Source: a virus (lineage: Duplodnaviria; Heunggongvirae; Uroviricota; Caudoviricetes). Taken from it: a stretch of 64,000 nt of DNA. Below the pieces are notes generated by a model, which was not told the origin of the DNA, searched no databases, and saw only the letters and a program-made list of their open reading frames with translations. The position numbers and the translations under genes were made by a program. The stretch spans positions 48,116-112,115 of IMG/VR virus record IMGVR_UViG_3300010373_001364; one strand, given 5' to 3'. Position 1 is the first letter of the stretch. Every line of letters begins with the position of its first letter. Positions 17,461 through 26,761 of the stretch are shown here, in pieces.

Positions 17461-18024
17461 TTACAAGCTGATCGGGGTTTTTACACCAGCGCTTGAACTG
17501 AACACCACTTTATCAACTGTGACGGTGATGCCTTTGAATTTGTCGCTGCCAACGAGGGACTCAGCCTTTCCTTTCTGAAGATAGGCTATGGTCACATGAG
17601 GCTTGTACTCTGGAAAAGACTCGGTGACTTCTAGTTTATCGCGGAGAAGATCATGTAGATCATGCAAGTCTGGACTCGTAACACCCACCTTGAGAACATC
17701 AAACTTCTCTGGCGTAGTAAACGCCGTGACCTTACCTAGTTTTATCTCAAAAGGCTTAACCTCTTTCAGCACCTGTCGCGCCGCAACCGATCTCTTATCA
17801 TGTATACCATAGATGACCGTACAATGCATCTCGTCTTCTCTGCCGAAGGTGGGGTCTTCAGGATTGTGAAAAAGGTCTTTGTCCTTGACATTTTGTAAGC
17901 CCCATTGGTGTATCTTCTTTGCCACCTTTTCAGGCAACAAATAAATCACTGAGGAGTAGTCATAAGTCTTGGTAGAGGGCTTCTTACCTTCTTTCGCCTC
18001 GAAAAACTGCATGAATGTTTGCAT
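17461..18024 (-). CDS. 2H phosphoesterase, T4 gp57B/Acb1-like
   Basis: Two HxT motifs (HCTVIYG; YKPHVTIAY); N-terminus MQTFMQFFE. Confidence 0.8.
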   Translation of the reverse strand: MQTFMQFFEAKEGKKPSTKTYDYSSVIYLLPEKVAKKIHQWGLQNVKDKDLFHNPEDPTFGREDEMHCTVIYGIHDKRSVAARQVLKEVKPFEIKLGKVTAFTTPEKFDVLKVGVTSPDLHDLHDLLRDKLEVTESFPEYKPHVTIAYLQKGKAESLVGSDKFKGITVTVDKVVFSSSAGVKTPISL

Positions 18025-18050
18025 GTCTTATCTAGAGCGAGATGCAAAAG

Positions 18051-18074
18051 AAAAGGGCGGCTTTGCCGCCCTTT
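18051..18074. terminator. bidirectional intrinsic terminator
   Basis: AAAAGGGCGGC-TTT-GCCGCCCTTT. Confidence 0.75.
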
Positions 18075-18077
18075 AGT

Positions 18078-18289
18078 TGCCGGGGGAGGGGTCGAACCTC
18101 CAATCTCCGCAAAATAACACTGGTGTGCTGCTGTACACTATGCCACTAGGAATCGAACCTAGAACAGCCGTCTGAGTCACCTCAGAACTCGCCCCGTGTC
18201 AGAAGGCATCAAGCTGTCGCCATCGATGGTCGGGAGTTGAACCCGCTCCTCCAGTGGACCTTCGGTGTGTAACCCTTACACCGCCCGGC
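18078..18289 (-). ncRNA. tRNA-related RNA with three T-arms inside one terminal stem
   Basis: Minus strand: 5' GCCGGG pairs with 3' CCCGGC+A; T-arms CGGG-TTCAACT-CCCG, CTAGG-TTCGATT-CCTAG, GGAGG-TTCGACC-CCTCC. Confidence 0.6.
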
Positions 18290-18300
18290 TTTTCCAATAG

Positions 18301-18335
18301 AAAAAGGGAGCCGCCTTTTGTCAAGCTCCCTTTTT
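18301..18335. terminator. bidirectional hairpin terminator
   Basis: AAAAAGGGAGC...GCTCCCTTTTT. Confidence 0.6.
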
Positions 18336-18352
18336 GTGGTATAATTATAGGG

Positions 18353-19228
18353 TTAGTGTCCTCTTGAGATCATTTGCTGGCGGCGCTGACCTGTATTCAT
18401 CCTAACTAGGTCACGCGAGCCGGGAGGGACGTATCCCGCCTGGTCGGCGCGCCTAATTCTTCGAGAAGGCGGTGTCTGGGAAAAGCCGCCCAACTCAGGT
18501 GGTGTGAAGTGCTGCGACTTCTTACCATGTAGAGCAGCAACATCTGCTACAGAGGCGTCAAACTCGGCTGGTGGCGGTTCATTGAAGAACTTATGCCAAA
18601 CTTCTTTGATTACGCCCCAGGTGGCAGCAATAACAGTTGTGATGACATGACCGGATTGCCCGAATACCCGCTCTGCATCCTGGGCAAGTGCCTTTGGATT
18701 CAAAGATTGAGGTGTGTGACTTCTGAACGCACCTATGAGTTTATGTACAACCAAGTTGAACCACTCTCTCAGAGAATTGGAGCTACGCTTCAAAAAAGCG
18801 GTCATCTTAGCATCTAGCTCATAAAGTTTCTTCGTCAATTTTTCGGCAACATAATGGGCTAGTTCATCAATTCCTGGGATTCCTCCTTCCTTCTCAGGCT
18901 GTTCAGGCTCGTTTTCAGAGGGCGTATTAACACCCATGTGTCCACCCAAGCCTCTAGCCATGCCGCCCAAATCGGCTTGTCTACTCATAGGAGAAGCAGG
19001 TTCCATTTCTGGCATCTCAGGGATGGCAGAACGAACACCGCCAATCGCCAGTGGCAACGCCATTGCAGTGTTTAGAGCCGGCGTTTTAAGACTCTTCAAA
19101 CCACGACCAAGAGACTTTATAGGGTGACGGAGGATTTGACCCCAATCGACCTCGTTTTGAATCGCCTGAGAGAGATCAACATCTCTCGTTTCCAGCCATT
19201 CGGAAAATGATATTACGGTTCTTCCCAT
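18353..19228 (-). CDS. hypothetical protein, possibly virion-packaged
   Basis: N-terminus ISFSEWLE; TATATA 5 nt upstream of ATG. Confidence 0.75.
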   Translation of the reverse strand: MGRTVISFSEWLETRDVDLSQAIQNEVDWGQILRHPIKSLGRGLKSLKTPALNTAMALPLAIGGVRSAIPEMPEMEPASPMSRQADLGGMARGLGGHMGVNTPSENEPEQPEKEGGIPGIDELAHYVAEKLTKKLYELDAKMTAFLKRSSNSLREWFNLVVHKLIGAFRSHTPQSLNPKALAQDAERVFGQSGHVITTVIAATWGVIKEVWHKFFNEPPPAEFDASVADVAALHGKKSQHFTPPELGGFSQTPPSRRIRRADQAGYVPPGSRDLVRMNTGQRRQQMISRGH

Positions 19229-19296
19229 GACCGTATATATCTTTTGAGGGATATTTTCGTTACCTCAGAAAAGCAATTCTTGAGGTATATAAGGGC

Positions 19297-19875
19297 ATGG
19301 ATAGCTTCAAAAACTTCGTGAGGGTTAGTGACATGCTCCGTGAGGTTCTAAACCCAGACGATCTAGCTGACACCGATCTACAGATCCAATGGACTCCCCC
19401 TTTGGATGGCAGTGCTAACGAGAAAGAGTACACAGCTAGATTTCAAGTTGATGGAGACGACTACTTCGTAGGGTTTGATAGGCGGAAGAAAGATGACAGT
19501 GTGTCGGACTACTACCTTGTATGGGACATGGACAGATCCACGCAGGGCTGGTGGTGGACTATCAAGGGGTGGTTTAATGGGCAAGTGGTCCCAGGAACCA
19601 GAACCACAAAGTTCAAGGAGAAGGGGATAGGGTACACTCTGAAGGTTTTCAAAGGTGTATTCTCGGCTATCCGAGAATTTGTAGAAAGAAAACATCCGTC
19701 CATTGTCGAATATGAACCCGGCGACAAGGATCTCAACAAGTTCTACAGCATGGTAGCCAAGAGGCTTGCCCCTAAGTTTGGCTACATTCCTTTCGTAAAC
19801 ATGATTGTCAGCAAAGACGGATTACGAAGACCAGCAGTCAGGAAAATCGTTCAATACGCTAAGTCGCTGATGTAA
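19297..19875 (+). CDS. hypothetical protein, possibly virion-packaged
   Basis: N-terminus MDSFKNFV; TATATA 5 nt upstream of ATG. Confidence 0.75.
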   Translation: MDSFKNFVRVSDMLREVLNPDDLADTDLQIQWTPPLDGSANEKEYTARFQVDGDDYFVGFDRRKKDDSVSDYYLVWDMDRSTQGWWWTIKGWFNGQVVPGTRTTKFKEKGIGYTLKVFKGVFSAIREFVERKHPSIVEYEPGDKDLNKFYSMVAKRLAPKFGYIPFVNMIVSKDGLRRPAVRKIVQYAKSLM

Positions 19876-19877
19876 AG

Positions 19878-19907
19878 AAAAAGGAGGGAGTTAGTCCCTC
19901 CTTTTTT
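19878..19907. terminator. bidirectional intrinsic terminator
   Basis: AAAAAGGAGGGA-GTTAG-TCCCTCCTTTTTT between convergent genes. Confidence 0.75.
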
Positions 19908-21883
19908 CATGCCGCCTTCCGGGTTTCCAGTTCCGTGAAGCCGTCTTTCTTGATGACTGTCAGTACATCACAGGAATGCAGGAGATCATTAAGGTTGGGA
20001 TCATGCGTGGTGACTAACACCTGCCTATCCTTTGCCAACTCACAGATCATCTTGTAGATGCCATGCACCCCTGGTACATCTACGTTCAATGCCACTTCAT
20101 CCAGAGAAATAATGCTTGGACAGGTGCCTGATGAGAGCATCATGACGTGAGCGAACGCCTGAGAGATAGCTAGGTTAATTCTACGTCTCTCACCACCAGA
20201 AGTAGCATTATAGACAAAAGGATCGCCATCGGGCGGGTTCCTCTCGATGGTTGCCTCAAACTTGTTGTCGAAGCTCAAGGTGATCTTATTGTCGATGAGG
20301 AACTGAAGCCAATAGTTGATCCTGGCATTAAGAGCCGGAAGAAGCTCATCAATGATAAAGGCGCGGATGCCATCGTCGCCAAAGCCTTCGATCCAGAACT
20401 CATAATAGGGAACTTGGGCATCCGCCTCATCAATCGCCTTCTTGTATTCGGCGATCTTCTCATCCAGATTGTTCTTTTCAACAACGGTCTGAGTGATTAT
20501 TTCCACATAAGGATCTTGGGTATCAAGCTCTACTTGCTTGGCTTCGATCCTCTTTGTCAACTCAAGTATTTGCTCTTTGAGTAGCAGTTCCTTGGCACCA
20601 ACTTTCGGTTCCTTTATCTGAGAATCTTTCTGGATGGCGCTGACCAGGGAACTCAACTTCATGGAGATAGCAGAGTTCTTCTCCTCAACACCCTTCTTCA
20701 TCTCTAGCATCTTGCTCAATTGTGCGGTGACTTCCTTTGCCCTGTTAGCCAAAGAGGTCTTCTCAACATCAATAGCCAACTTCTCTTCCTTGAGGGCAGC
20801 TAGTAGAGTATTGTTGTGGTCAAGTAGATGCTGATAGTTCTTCTTGTCCACGGTGCCAAAACACGCAGAACACTTAACCCCCGGTGTTAGATTGGTCAAA
20901 GCCTTGATTTGTCCCTCAATAACCCTGATCTCTGAGTCCTTGGCAGAGGCTTCACTTTGGATTCTCACATTAAGAACCGTAACCGAAGTCTTCGTCTCTT
21001 GAAGCTTTTCACTTTTATCTCTGATCTGCTCAAGAAGGGTGGAGACTTCGGTTCGCTTCACTTCTAGCTTCACCATCTCGTCTTTAGCTGTCTTGATACG
21101 TTCTTGAGCCTGGACATAGAGCAGGGAGGCAGCGCCATCATCCGTCTTATTGAGTTCCTGAGCCTTAGCAGCCAGACTCAACCTTAGTTGCTCAAGTTCT
21201 TTTTCTTTGACAGCAATCCATGCCTTTTGCTTGACGGTTAGTTGAGAGATGCGTTGAATACAACCGTCACGCTGCTCAGTATTTGTTTCATACTTCTTGT
21301 TGAGAATAGCAAGCTTTTCCTTGATTTCTTTTAGACTGTCCTTGGCGACCTTACAATACTTGAGATACTTCTCAAGTCCAAGGAGGTTTTCAACAATGGA
21401 TCGCTTGGTTTCTGCATTACAGGCGAGGAAGGCATGGTTGTTGTGTTCACCAAAGCAGACGATATTGATGAAGGACTCGTAGTTAAGTTTGATGGCAGCT
21501 TCAATGCCCTTCTGGGTATCTGGCATACCACCGAGGGTTTCCTTTACGCCATTCTTCCAAAGCAAGAGATCATCTGGCTTTCTCTTGCGATGGATTTTGT
21601 ACTCAACGCCATTGAGTTCAAAGCACAACTCGATCTCAAGACCCTTCTTGGTCTTCTTGTTGATGGCTTCCTTGTGCGGCAGACCTTTGATAAGTTTGCC
21701 AAAAAGACCATACACCAAACATTCGATCAGTGTACTTTTGCCGGCACCATTACTGCTTTCGGGTGACACATCGAGGTTCTTGCCTTTAACGACGACGATG
21801 TTGCCCAACTTATCGAAAGCAATATGGATGCCATCCTTACCGATAGAGAGAAAGTTCTTCGCTTTCATCCATTTGAATATCAT
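19907..21883 (-). CDS. SbcC/Rad50/gp46-like SMC ATPase
   Basis: NFLSIG, Walker A NGAGKST, coiled coil with C-x-x-C hook (CSAC), signature SGGE, Walker B ISLDE, THD. Confidence 0.92.
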   Translation of the reverse strand: MIFKWMKAKNFLSIGKDGIHIAFDKLGNIVVVKGKNLDVSPESSNGAGKSTLIECLVYGLFGKLIKGLPHKEAINKKTKKGLEIELCFELNGVEYKIHRKRKPDDLLLWKNGVKETLGGMPDTQKGIEAAIKLNYESFINIVCFGEHNNHAFLACNAETKRSIVENLLGLEKYLKYCKVAKDSLKEIKEKLAILNKKYETNTEQRDGCIQRISQLTVKQKAWIAVKEKELEQLRLSLAAKAQELNKTDDGAASLLYVQAQERIKTAKDEMVKLEVKRTEVSTLLEQIRDKSEKLQETKTSVTVLNVRIQSEASAKDSEIRVIEGQIKALTNLTPGVKCSACFGTVDKKNYQHLLDHNNTLLAALKEEKLAIDVEKTSLANRAKEVTAQLSKMLEMKKGVEEKNSAISMKLSSLVSAIQKDSQIKEPKVGAKELLLKEQILELTKRIEAKQVELDTQDPYVEIITQTVVEKNNLDEKIAEYKKAIDEADAQVPYYEFWIEGFGDDGIRAFIIDELLPALNARINYWLQFLIDNKITLSFDNKFEATIERNPPDGDPFVYNATSGGERRRINLAISQAFAHVMMLSSGTCPSIISLDEVALNVDVPGVHGIYKMICELAKDRQVLVTTHDPNLNDLLHSCDVLTVIKKDGFTELETRKAA

Positions 21884-22277
21884 CCCCCCTCCACGTTTCG
21901 CTGTTATCTAGTTCTACAACATCGAGGTACTTGGCTCCAGCATAATAACCAACATATACCTTGCCAACCATAAAATCATCCCCTAACTGGTCCCAGGCAT
22001 CATCCGGTAAATCTCTGAAGATGATAATGCCCAAATCCTTCCAGCCTAGGGTTCCCTCAAGAAAGGATTTTACTTCCCTGATGCGCGATCTAGGTTGAAT
22101 GACGGTGATGTAGGGAACTGACCTCTTTTTACCATGACCGCAGCAGCTTGCTACGGTGGTGAATTCTTCATCGTTGTTGATGTGAGAGATCACACCAACC
22201 AAACAATGATCGGCGTGATCTCCAAAGAACGAGTTGTGATACTTTGCCTTGATCGGACTACTTTTCCGCTGGCACAT
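21837..22277 (-). CDS. hypothetical protein
   Basis: Co-oriented; TVASCCGHG motif. Confidence 0.6.
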   Translation of the reverse strand: MCQRKSSPIKAKYHNSFFGDHADHCLVGVISHINNDEEFTTVASCCGHGKKRSVPYITVIQPRSRIREVKSFLEGTLGWKDLGIIIFRDLPDDAWDQLGDDFMVGKVYVGYYAGAKYLDVVELDNSETWRGDDIQMDESEELSLYR

Positions 22278-22764
22278 TATTCAAGATCCCCAAGAGCTTA
22301 TTGACCAGAACTTTGAATTCATCACGATTTAACCTAATCTGCCCAGGACCGGGCTTGAAGTCCTTGACATAAGTCTGTTCGTAGATGTTTCTGATGGCTT
22401 CTGCCACCGTCAAACCACTTTCCAGCTTCCACACCTCAGAGAACTGCTTGAGAACTTGCATCTCTCTGGGGGTAAAGCTGATGCCGAAGTTTTCAGACAA
22501 GTATTGTCTCCCTTTGACATTGATCGTGAGCCAACCCCTGCATGTAGAAGCGGCGACGCTCATCATGGGGCAGGCGATAGTGCCCATGTCCCAGATGATA
22601 ACATCGGAAAAACCAATGAGGTGATTGTTTTCCTCCAACTTGGCTACCGCGTTAATAACGGCAATCAAGTCATCGCCTCTAGTTATCTCACGAAGTCCCT
22701 TGACCGCAATGTATCTTACGGGTTTATTAGCCTCGCCCAGAAGCGACGAATCCTCTCCATCCAC
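22258..22764 (-). CDS. hypothetical protein (start uncertain)
   Basis: Co-oriented ORF in operon. Confidence 0.6.
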   Translation of the reverse strand: MDGEDSSLLGEANKPVRYIAVKGLREITRGDDLIAVINAVAKLEENNHLIGFSDVIIWDMGTIACPMMSVAASTCRGWLTINVKGRQYLSENFGISFTPREMQVLKQFSEVWKLESGLTVAEAIRNIYEQTYVKDFKPGPGQIRLNRDEFKVLVNKLLGILNNVPAEK

Positions 22765-23096
22765 GGCAGGTTTTCGTCGTCCCGTATCTCTGGGAAAGGC
22801 ATCGGAGGGCGGATTTCTTTCTCCGTTACCTTGATGAGGGGAGTGGGTTTTGTTGCCTCTTTGGGTTTTTCCTTCTTGGTTTTAGGCTGAAAACAAGCAG
22901 TAGGATTATTTAGCTTGTTGTATTCCTTCTCTGCCGCAAGCCAGAACTTAGACCCATCACCATGAGGAGATCCCGCTGCCTGCCACTTGAAGTAGGCAAT
23001 ACGGGAAATCTCCTCATGACGACGGTTTTCAACATTCCGCTTGGCAGCAGCCACGGTTTCTTCATCCCACGGAACATAGTTTGGTGGCTCTGCCAT
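22716..23096 (-). CDS. DUF2934-like domain protein
   Basis: EISRIAYFKWQAAGSPHGDGSKFWLAAEKEY; SD AGGAGG. Confidence 0.75.
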   Translation of the reverse strand: MAEPPNYVPWDEETVAAAKRNVENRRHEEISRIAYFKWQAAGSPHGDGSKFWLAAEKEYNKLNNPTACFQPKTKKEKPKEATKPTPLIKVTEKEIRPPMPFPEIRDDENLPWMERIRRFWARLINP

Positions 23097-23105
23097 CTTT
23101 CCTCC

Positions 23106-23459
23106 TTACAACTTGGTCTTTACCTCAACTTTGGTGGCGTTATCGGTGCCGGGAGTAACCGTGACGCGACAGTTCTTACTATCGCCTTTCACAACTCCTG
23201 GCAATTTCGTCGCCTTGGCACCATCCACCTCATAGACGGTCTTGTCGTTGACCGCAAAAGTCTTCACATGACCGTTTTTAGGATTCCTCAGCGTGACCGC
23301 CTTGTCGGTGAATCCATCAAGATGACCGACATACTGCGTTCTTTCACTGGTCTTAACAGCGGTGGTGCCGCTACCACTATTGCAACCAATAAGAGTAAAG
23401 ACGCCAAGAGAAAGAACCGAAACAACCAACATCTTCTTCAGCATGGAAAAAGTCTCCAT
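23106..23459 (-). CDS. putative lipoprotein
   Basis: Basic N-terminus, hydrophobic core and LIGC lipobox; beta-rich body. Confidence 0.65.
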   Translation of the reverse strand: METFSMLKKMLVVSVLSLGVFTLIGCNSGSGTTAVKTSERTQYVGHLDGFTDKAVTLRNPKNGHVKTFAVNDKTVYEVDGAKATKLPGVVKGDSKNCRVTVTPGTDNATKVEVKTKL

Positions 23460-23473
23460 TAGGGTTACAGAAG

Positions 23474-24550
23474 TTACGCTCTCCTAATGATATCCTGACC
23501 GATGGCGATGAGTTTGTCAAACTCCATATCGCCATGTCCCTTAGCCTTCACCCATTTTTCAAGAATATCGCCCCCGGCGATGTCAAGTTTCTCCTTCATT
23601 TCCTTCTTCTCCTCTTCGGTGAGGTTCGCTCTCTTATGGGGCTTTTCCTTGAATTCGATAGTGCTGTAACCGCGATCTTTGACACTCTTCTTCATGTCGA
23701 TAATGTCAGTAGATGTGATGTCGTCAACGATAACCTGTACAAAGTTACCTTCAAGGTTGTGCTTATCGATTTCGCTCTCTTTGATGATTAGATGTTTAGG
23801 AGAAAAATCGTTGATCACATACTCTGCATCAAGTGTATTGGTGTCCAGAATGATGAGGTGTTTCTGTTGAAATGCTTCACCAAAGTTTAGTTCTAAGGGA
23901 GAGCCAATGTACTCCACCACATCGTTCAGCTTTTGGGAACAGTGGTAGTGACCTAGAAAGACGCGCTTCCAGCCTGTGAAGGTATCCACCCCTACCTTTA
24001 CCATGTCACCTTCGTATTCTACGGAAATCTCAGCCTTTGTGTTGTAGAAGCTGTTGAGCTTGGCACCATCTACTGAACAGTGGGACACCAAGATGTCGTT
24101 TTTCTTCGGGAAGTAGGTTTTTACATCTCCGACCGGGTTTTTGGTATAGGGTAGGAAATCGATGGTGCAATCATTCGTCACAGCTATTGAACAAGGTCGG
24201 TCTATGACACGCACATTCTCGACAGCCATCAGCGGTCCTACAGAGGAGACATCCCATTTGTCACTAAACCACATATCGTGGTTCCCCACAAGGAGATAAA
24301 GCATAATGCTTGGCTTCTTGTCGAGCCAGCCGCAGTATTCCTGAATCACACGAAAGGTTTTTTCGTAGGAAATCACATGAATCTTCTGACGATCCTGAAA
24401 GAGGTCGCCAGCGAAGACGATGGTGTCAATACCGCGTGACTTCGCTGTCTCGAAAACCCACCTCAACACCTGCAAGCAATCTTCCAATCTTGAAAGTTGA
24501 TTTTTGTGCATATGAATGTGGGCATCGCTGAAGAGAAGTATCTTGCTCAT
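23474..24550 (-). CDS. SbcD/Mre11/gp47-like metallophosphoesterase nuclease
   Basis: SDAH, AGDLF, GNHD, SHC, LGHYH, YIGSP; upstream of the SbcC-like gene. Confidence 0.92.
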   Translation of the reverse strand: MSKILLFSDAHIHMHKNQLSRLEDCLQVLRWVFETAKSRGIDTIVFAGDLFQDRQKIHVISYEKTFRVIQEYCGWLDKKPSIMLYLLVGNHDMWFSDKWDVSSVGPLMAVENVRVIDRPCSIAVTNDCTIDFLPYTKNPVGDVKTYFPKKNDILVSHCSVDGAKLNSFYNTKAEISVEYEGDMVKVGVDTFTGWKRVFLGHYHCSQKLNDVVEYIGSPLELNFGEAFQQKHLIILDTNTLDAEYVINDFSPKHLIIKESEIDKHNLEGNFVQVIVDDITSTDIIDMKKSVKDRGYSTIEFKEKPHKRANLTEEEKKEMKEKLDIAGGDILEKWVKAKGHGDMEFDKLIAIGQDIIRRA

Positions 24551-24665
24551 AAAGATACCTTAGACCAGCCAAAGACCCAAGTCAATGTCTACGGCTTTTT
24601 CTTGCCAAATGGCACAGAACAGGGTAGATTGAGGCAAGCCCAAACACATAAAGGAGAACTCATAC

Positions 24666-24947
24666 ATGAATCGTCCCAAAGATTTTAACAACTGGCGGGC
24701 GGTTGCCCATGCTTACTATGGAGTCCAGCACTTCCTCTACATGGGGATTTCGATGGAGCAGGTCAGAAAGAATTACCCTGGTGCCTTTTATGAGATCCTT
24801 CAGGTCAACGAACAGTTGTCGATCAGCAGAATCACTTTGGAGAAGTGGAGTGGTGTGCCTGAGTCTGGGCGTTGGATCGTCACTGACACCCTGAAGGTGC
24901 CTCGCGTTCACAAACGCCAAGTAGAGCAGATTGAAGAAGTGGCTTGA
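24666..24947 (+). CDS. hypothetical protein
   Basis: SD AAAGGAG; followed by terminator. Confidence 0.7.
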   Translation: MNRPKDFNNWRAVAHAYYGVQHFLYMGISMEQVRKNYPGAFYEILQVNEQLSISRITLEKWSGVPESGRWIVTDTLKVPRVHKRQVEQIEEVA

Positions 24948-24950
24948 ATG

Positions 24951-24980
24951 AAAAAAGGCGTCTCGAAAGAGACGCCTTTT
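24951..24980. terminator. bidirectional intrinsic terminator
   Basis: AAAAAAGGCGTCTC-GAAA-GAGACGCCTTTT. Confidence 0.85.
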
Positions 24981-24983
24981 GCT

Positions 24984-25466
24984 TTAGGCTGCTGCCGGGA
25001 CTGCTGATGGGGCACCTGTGGTTGGTGCTGCGCCTTGACCAGCCTTCATTTGACCACCAGCCAACTTATTCAGCGAGGTTGACATACTACCTAAACTCTG
25101 TAGCCACTTCTCCAGGGTGGCATATGCTGACGATTGTCCACCATAGACCTTATCATATGCTTTAATCTGTTGATACACCTGAGTGAGGTTCTTCATGGTT
25201 GCCTGAATGCTTTGTGCGGCGGCTGTTGCTACTTTGGTCAAGTTAGCCTTGGCTTGGTTTCTATCAAACGACTGGACCGCTTGTTGTTTGCCCGACTGTA
25301 CTGCTGCTTGTCGTTTGTTTTGCGCACGCTGATCAAATTCTTGCCCAGACTTTCTACCTCCGCGCCAACCAGTATAGGCTCTCCTAAGCCCGGTAAAGAG
25401 TTCATCCACTCTTTCTTGGTCTTCTGCCTGGGTTTTGACTTCCACAAATTGCTTAAATGTCATCAT
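24984..25466 (-). CDS. hypothetical Gln/Ala-rich protein, possibly virion-packaged (start 25466 or 25484)
   Basis: MMTFKQFVE; TATATA 7 nt upstream of the 25484 ATG. Confidence 0.7.
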   Translation of the reverse strand: MMTFKQFVEVKTQAEDQERVDELFTGLRRAYTGWRGGRKSGQEFDQRAQNKRQAAVQSGKQQAVQSFDRNQAKANLTKVATAAAQSIQATMKNLTQVYQQIKAYDKVYGGQSSAYATLEKWLQSLGSMSTSLNKLAGGQMKAGQGAAPTTGAPSAVPAAA

Positions 25467-25527
25467 TGTTTCCCCTCTCGCCATGTGTGGGTATATAGCC
25501 CCTAATCTGAAAAATCAAACAAACCGC

Positions 25528-26349
25528 TTAATAAGTCTTCAAGGCAGTGATAATTGATTCAACAATCTCACGCTTACCCTGCGTGGGCATGAATAGTTCG
25601 TTGAAGTCGGCTGTTTGAAGATGCCACGACACACCTTCACTCTCGGTATTCACCACGTTGATGATCGCCTTGATCAGACCTGTGTATTTGTTCCTGCTCA
25701 GGTTGACACATACTTCCAATATCGTACTCGTATTTCTTGAGCCAAAGTAGGTACTTGAACCTTGACCTCTCAGGTAGTAGTACAAAATATACTCATCGTC
25801 CGTTATCTTCTTGATTGTGGGTGTAGGAATCAAGGTAGCACTTTCTAGTGTGCCCAGCTTACCTTGCAGCGTCTCCACCAGTTCCTTGATGTTGATATTC
25901 TTCTTGGGTGCATCAAGTTGTTCGTCATTGATGTTTCGGACTTGATCGAATATCTCGTAGGCTACTACATCTTCCTTGCCGGCAAAATTGACATCATCAA
26001 TGAAAAAATACTTCTTCATGATCCAAGTAGGGTTCCCCTCAAGGTCATTACTCAGTCTTTGAATCTTTACATTAATCTTGGGTGTGATAACGGCACGAAT
26101 GGCACCAGGGCGTTCTCCCCATTGGCATTCGTTGAAGAAACGGATTTTGCCCCTTTTAATGCCTAGATCATTCTTGGCAAGTTCCTCGATCACTCTCTGG
26201 ACATTCAATCTCTCTATGGGAAGGTCTTGTGGTCCCTTGAGTGGAACTTTACCGGGGCGGTAAGGTAAATCGGCTACATAGTCATCTTCATCAAAACCGA
26301 AGATGTTCTTCTTTTCAAGCCAGAGACGGAAGTTCATGTCGGGCGTCAT
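25528..26349 (-). CDS. hypothetical protein
   Basis: Likely start MTPDMNFRLWLE with TAGATA 5 nt upstream. Confidence 0.75.
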   Translation of the reverse strand: MTPDMNFRLWLEKKNIFGFDEDDYVADLPYRPGKVPLKGPQDLPIERLNVQRVIEELAKNDLGIKRGKIRFFNECQWGERPGAIRAVITPKINVKIQRLSNDLEGNPTWIMKKYFFIDDVNFAGKEDVVAYEIFDQVRNINDEQLDAPKKNINIKELVETLQGKLGTLESATLIPTPTIKKITDDEYILYYYLRGQGSSTYFGSRNTSTILEVCVNLSRNKYTGLIKAIINVVNTESEGVSWHLQTADFNELFMPTQGKREIVESIITALKTY

Positions 26350-26404
26350 CGAAGTATCTATTATGGCACCTAGCATTTCACAGTGTTAAGCATAGATATC
26401 TCGT

Positions 26405-26761
26405 ATGATGAGCTTCTATGAATTTGTAATGAGACTTGAGGCGGGTGAAGCACCTCCACCACCTCCACCAGATGCGGGCGGTGGTGCGGGCGGTGCTGAT
26501 CCTCTTGCTGCCCTAGGCGGCGCTGGCGGTGGTCCTGGTGGACCTCCCGCACCGCCAGGTGGTGCGGATATGGGTATGGGCGGTGCAGGAGGTGGCGCAC
26601 AGCAGCCAAGGCATTCTATTCATGTGACTACCTGGGAAGATGCATTGAAGATGGCTCTTGGTCACGCGGCACATAGACCAGTTGGTCAACAGCCTCATCA
26701 GCGACCTCAACCACAACAGCCGGGCAGCAAGGAGAAAAAGCCCAGGAGCTTGATGCAATGA
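26405..26761 (+). CDS. Gly/Pro-rich low-complexity protein
   Basis: MMSFYEFVMRLE; TAGATA 6 nt upstream. Confidence 0.7.
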   Translation: MMSFYEFVMRLEAGEAPPPPPPDAGGGAGGADPLAALGGAGGGPGGPPAPPGGADMGMGGAGGGAQQPRHSIHVTTWEDALKMALGHAAHRPVGQQPHQRPQPQQPGSKEKKPRSLMQ

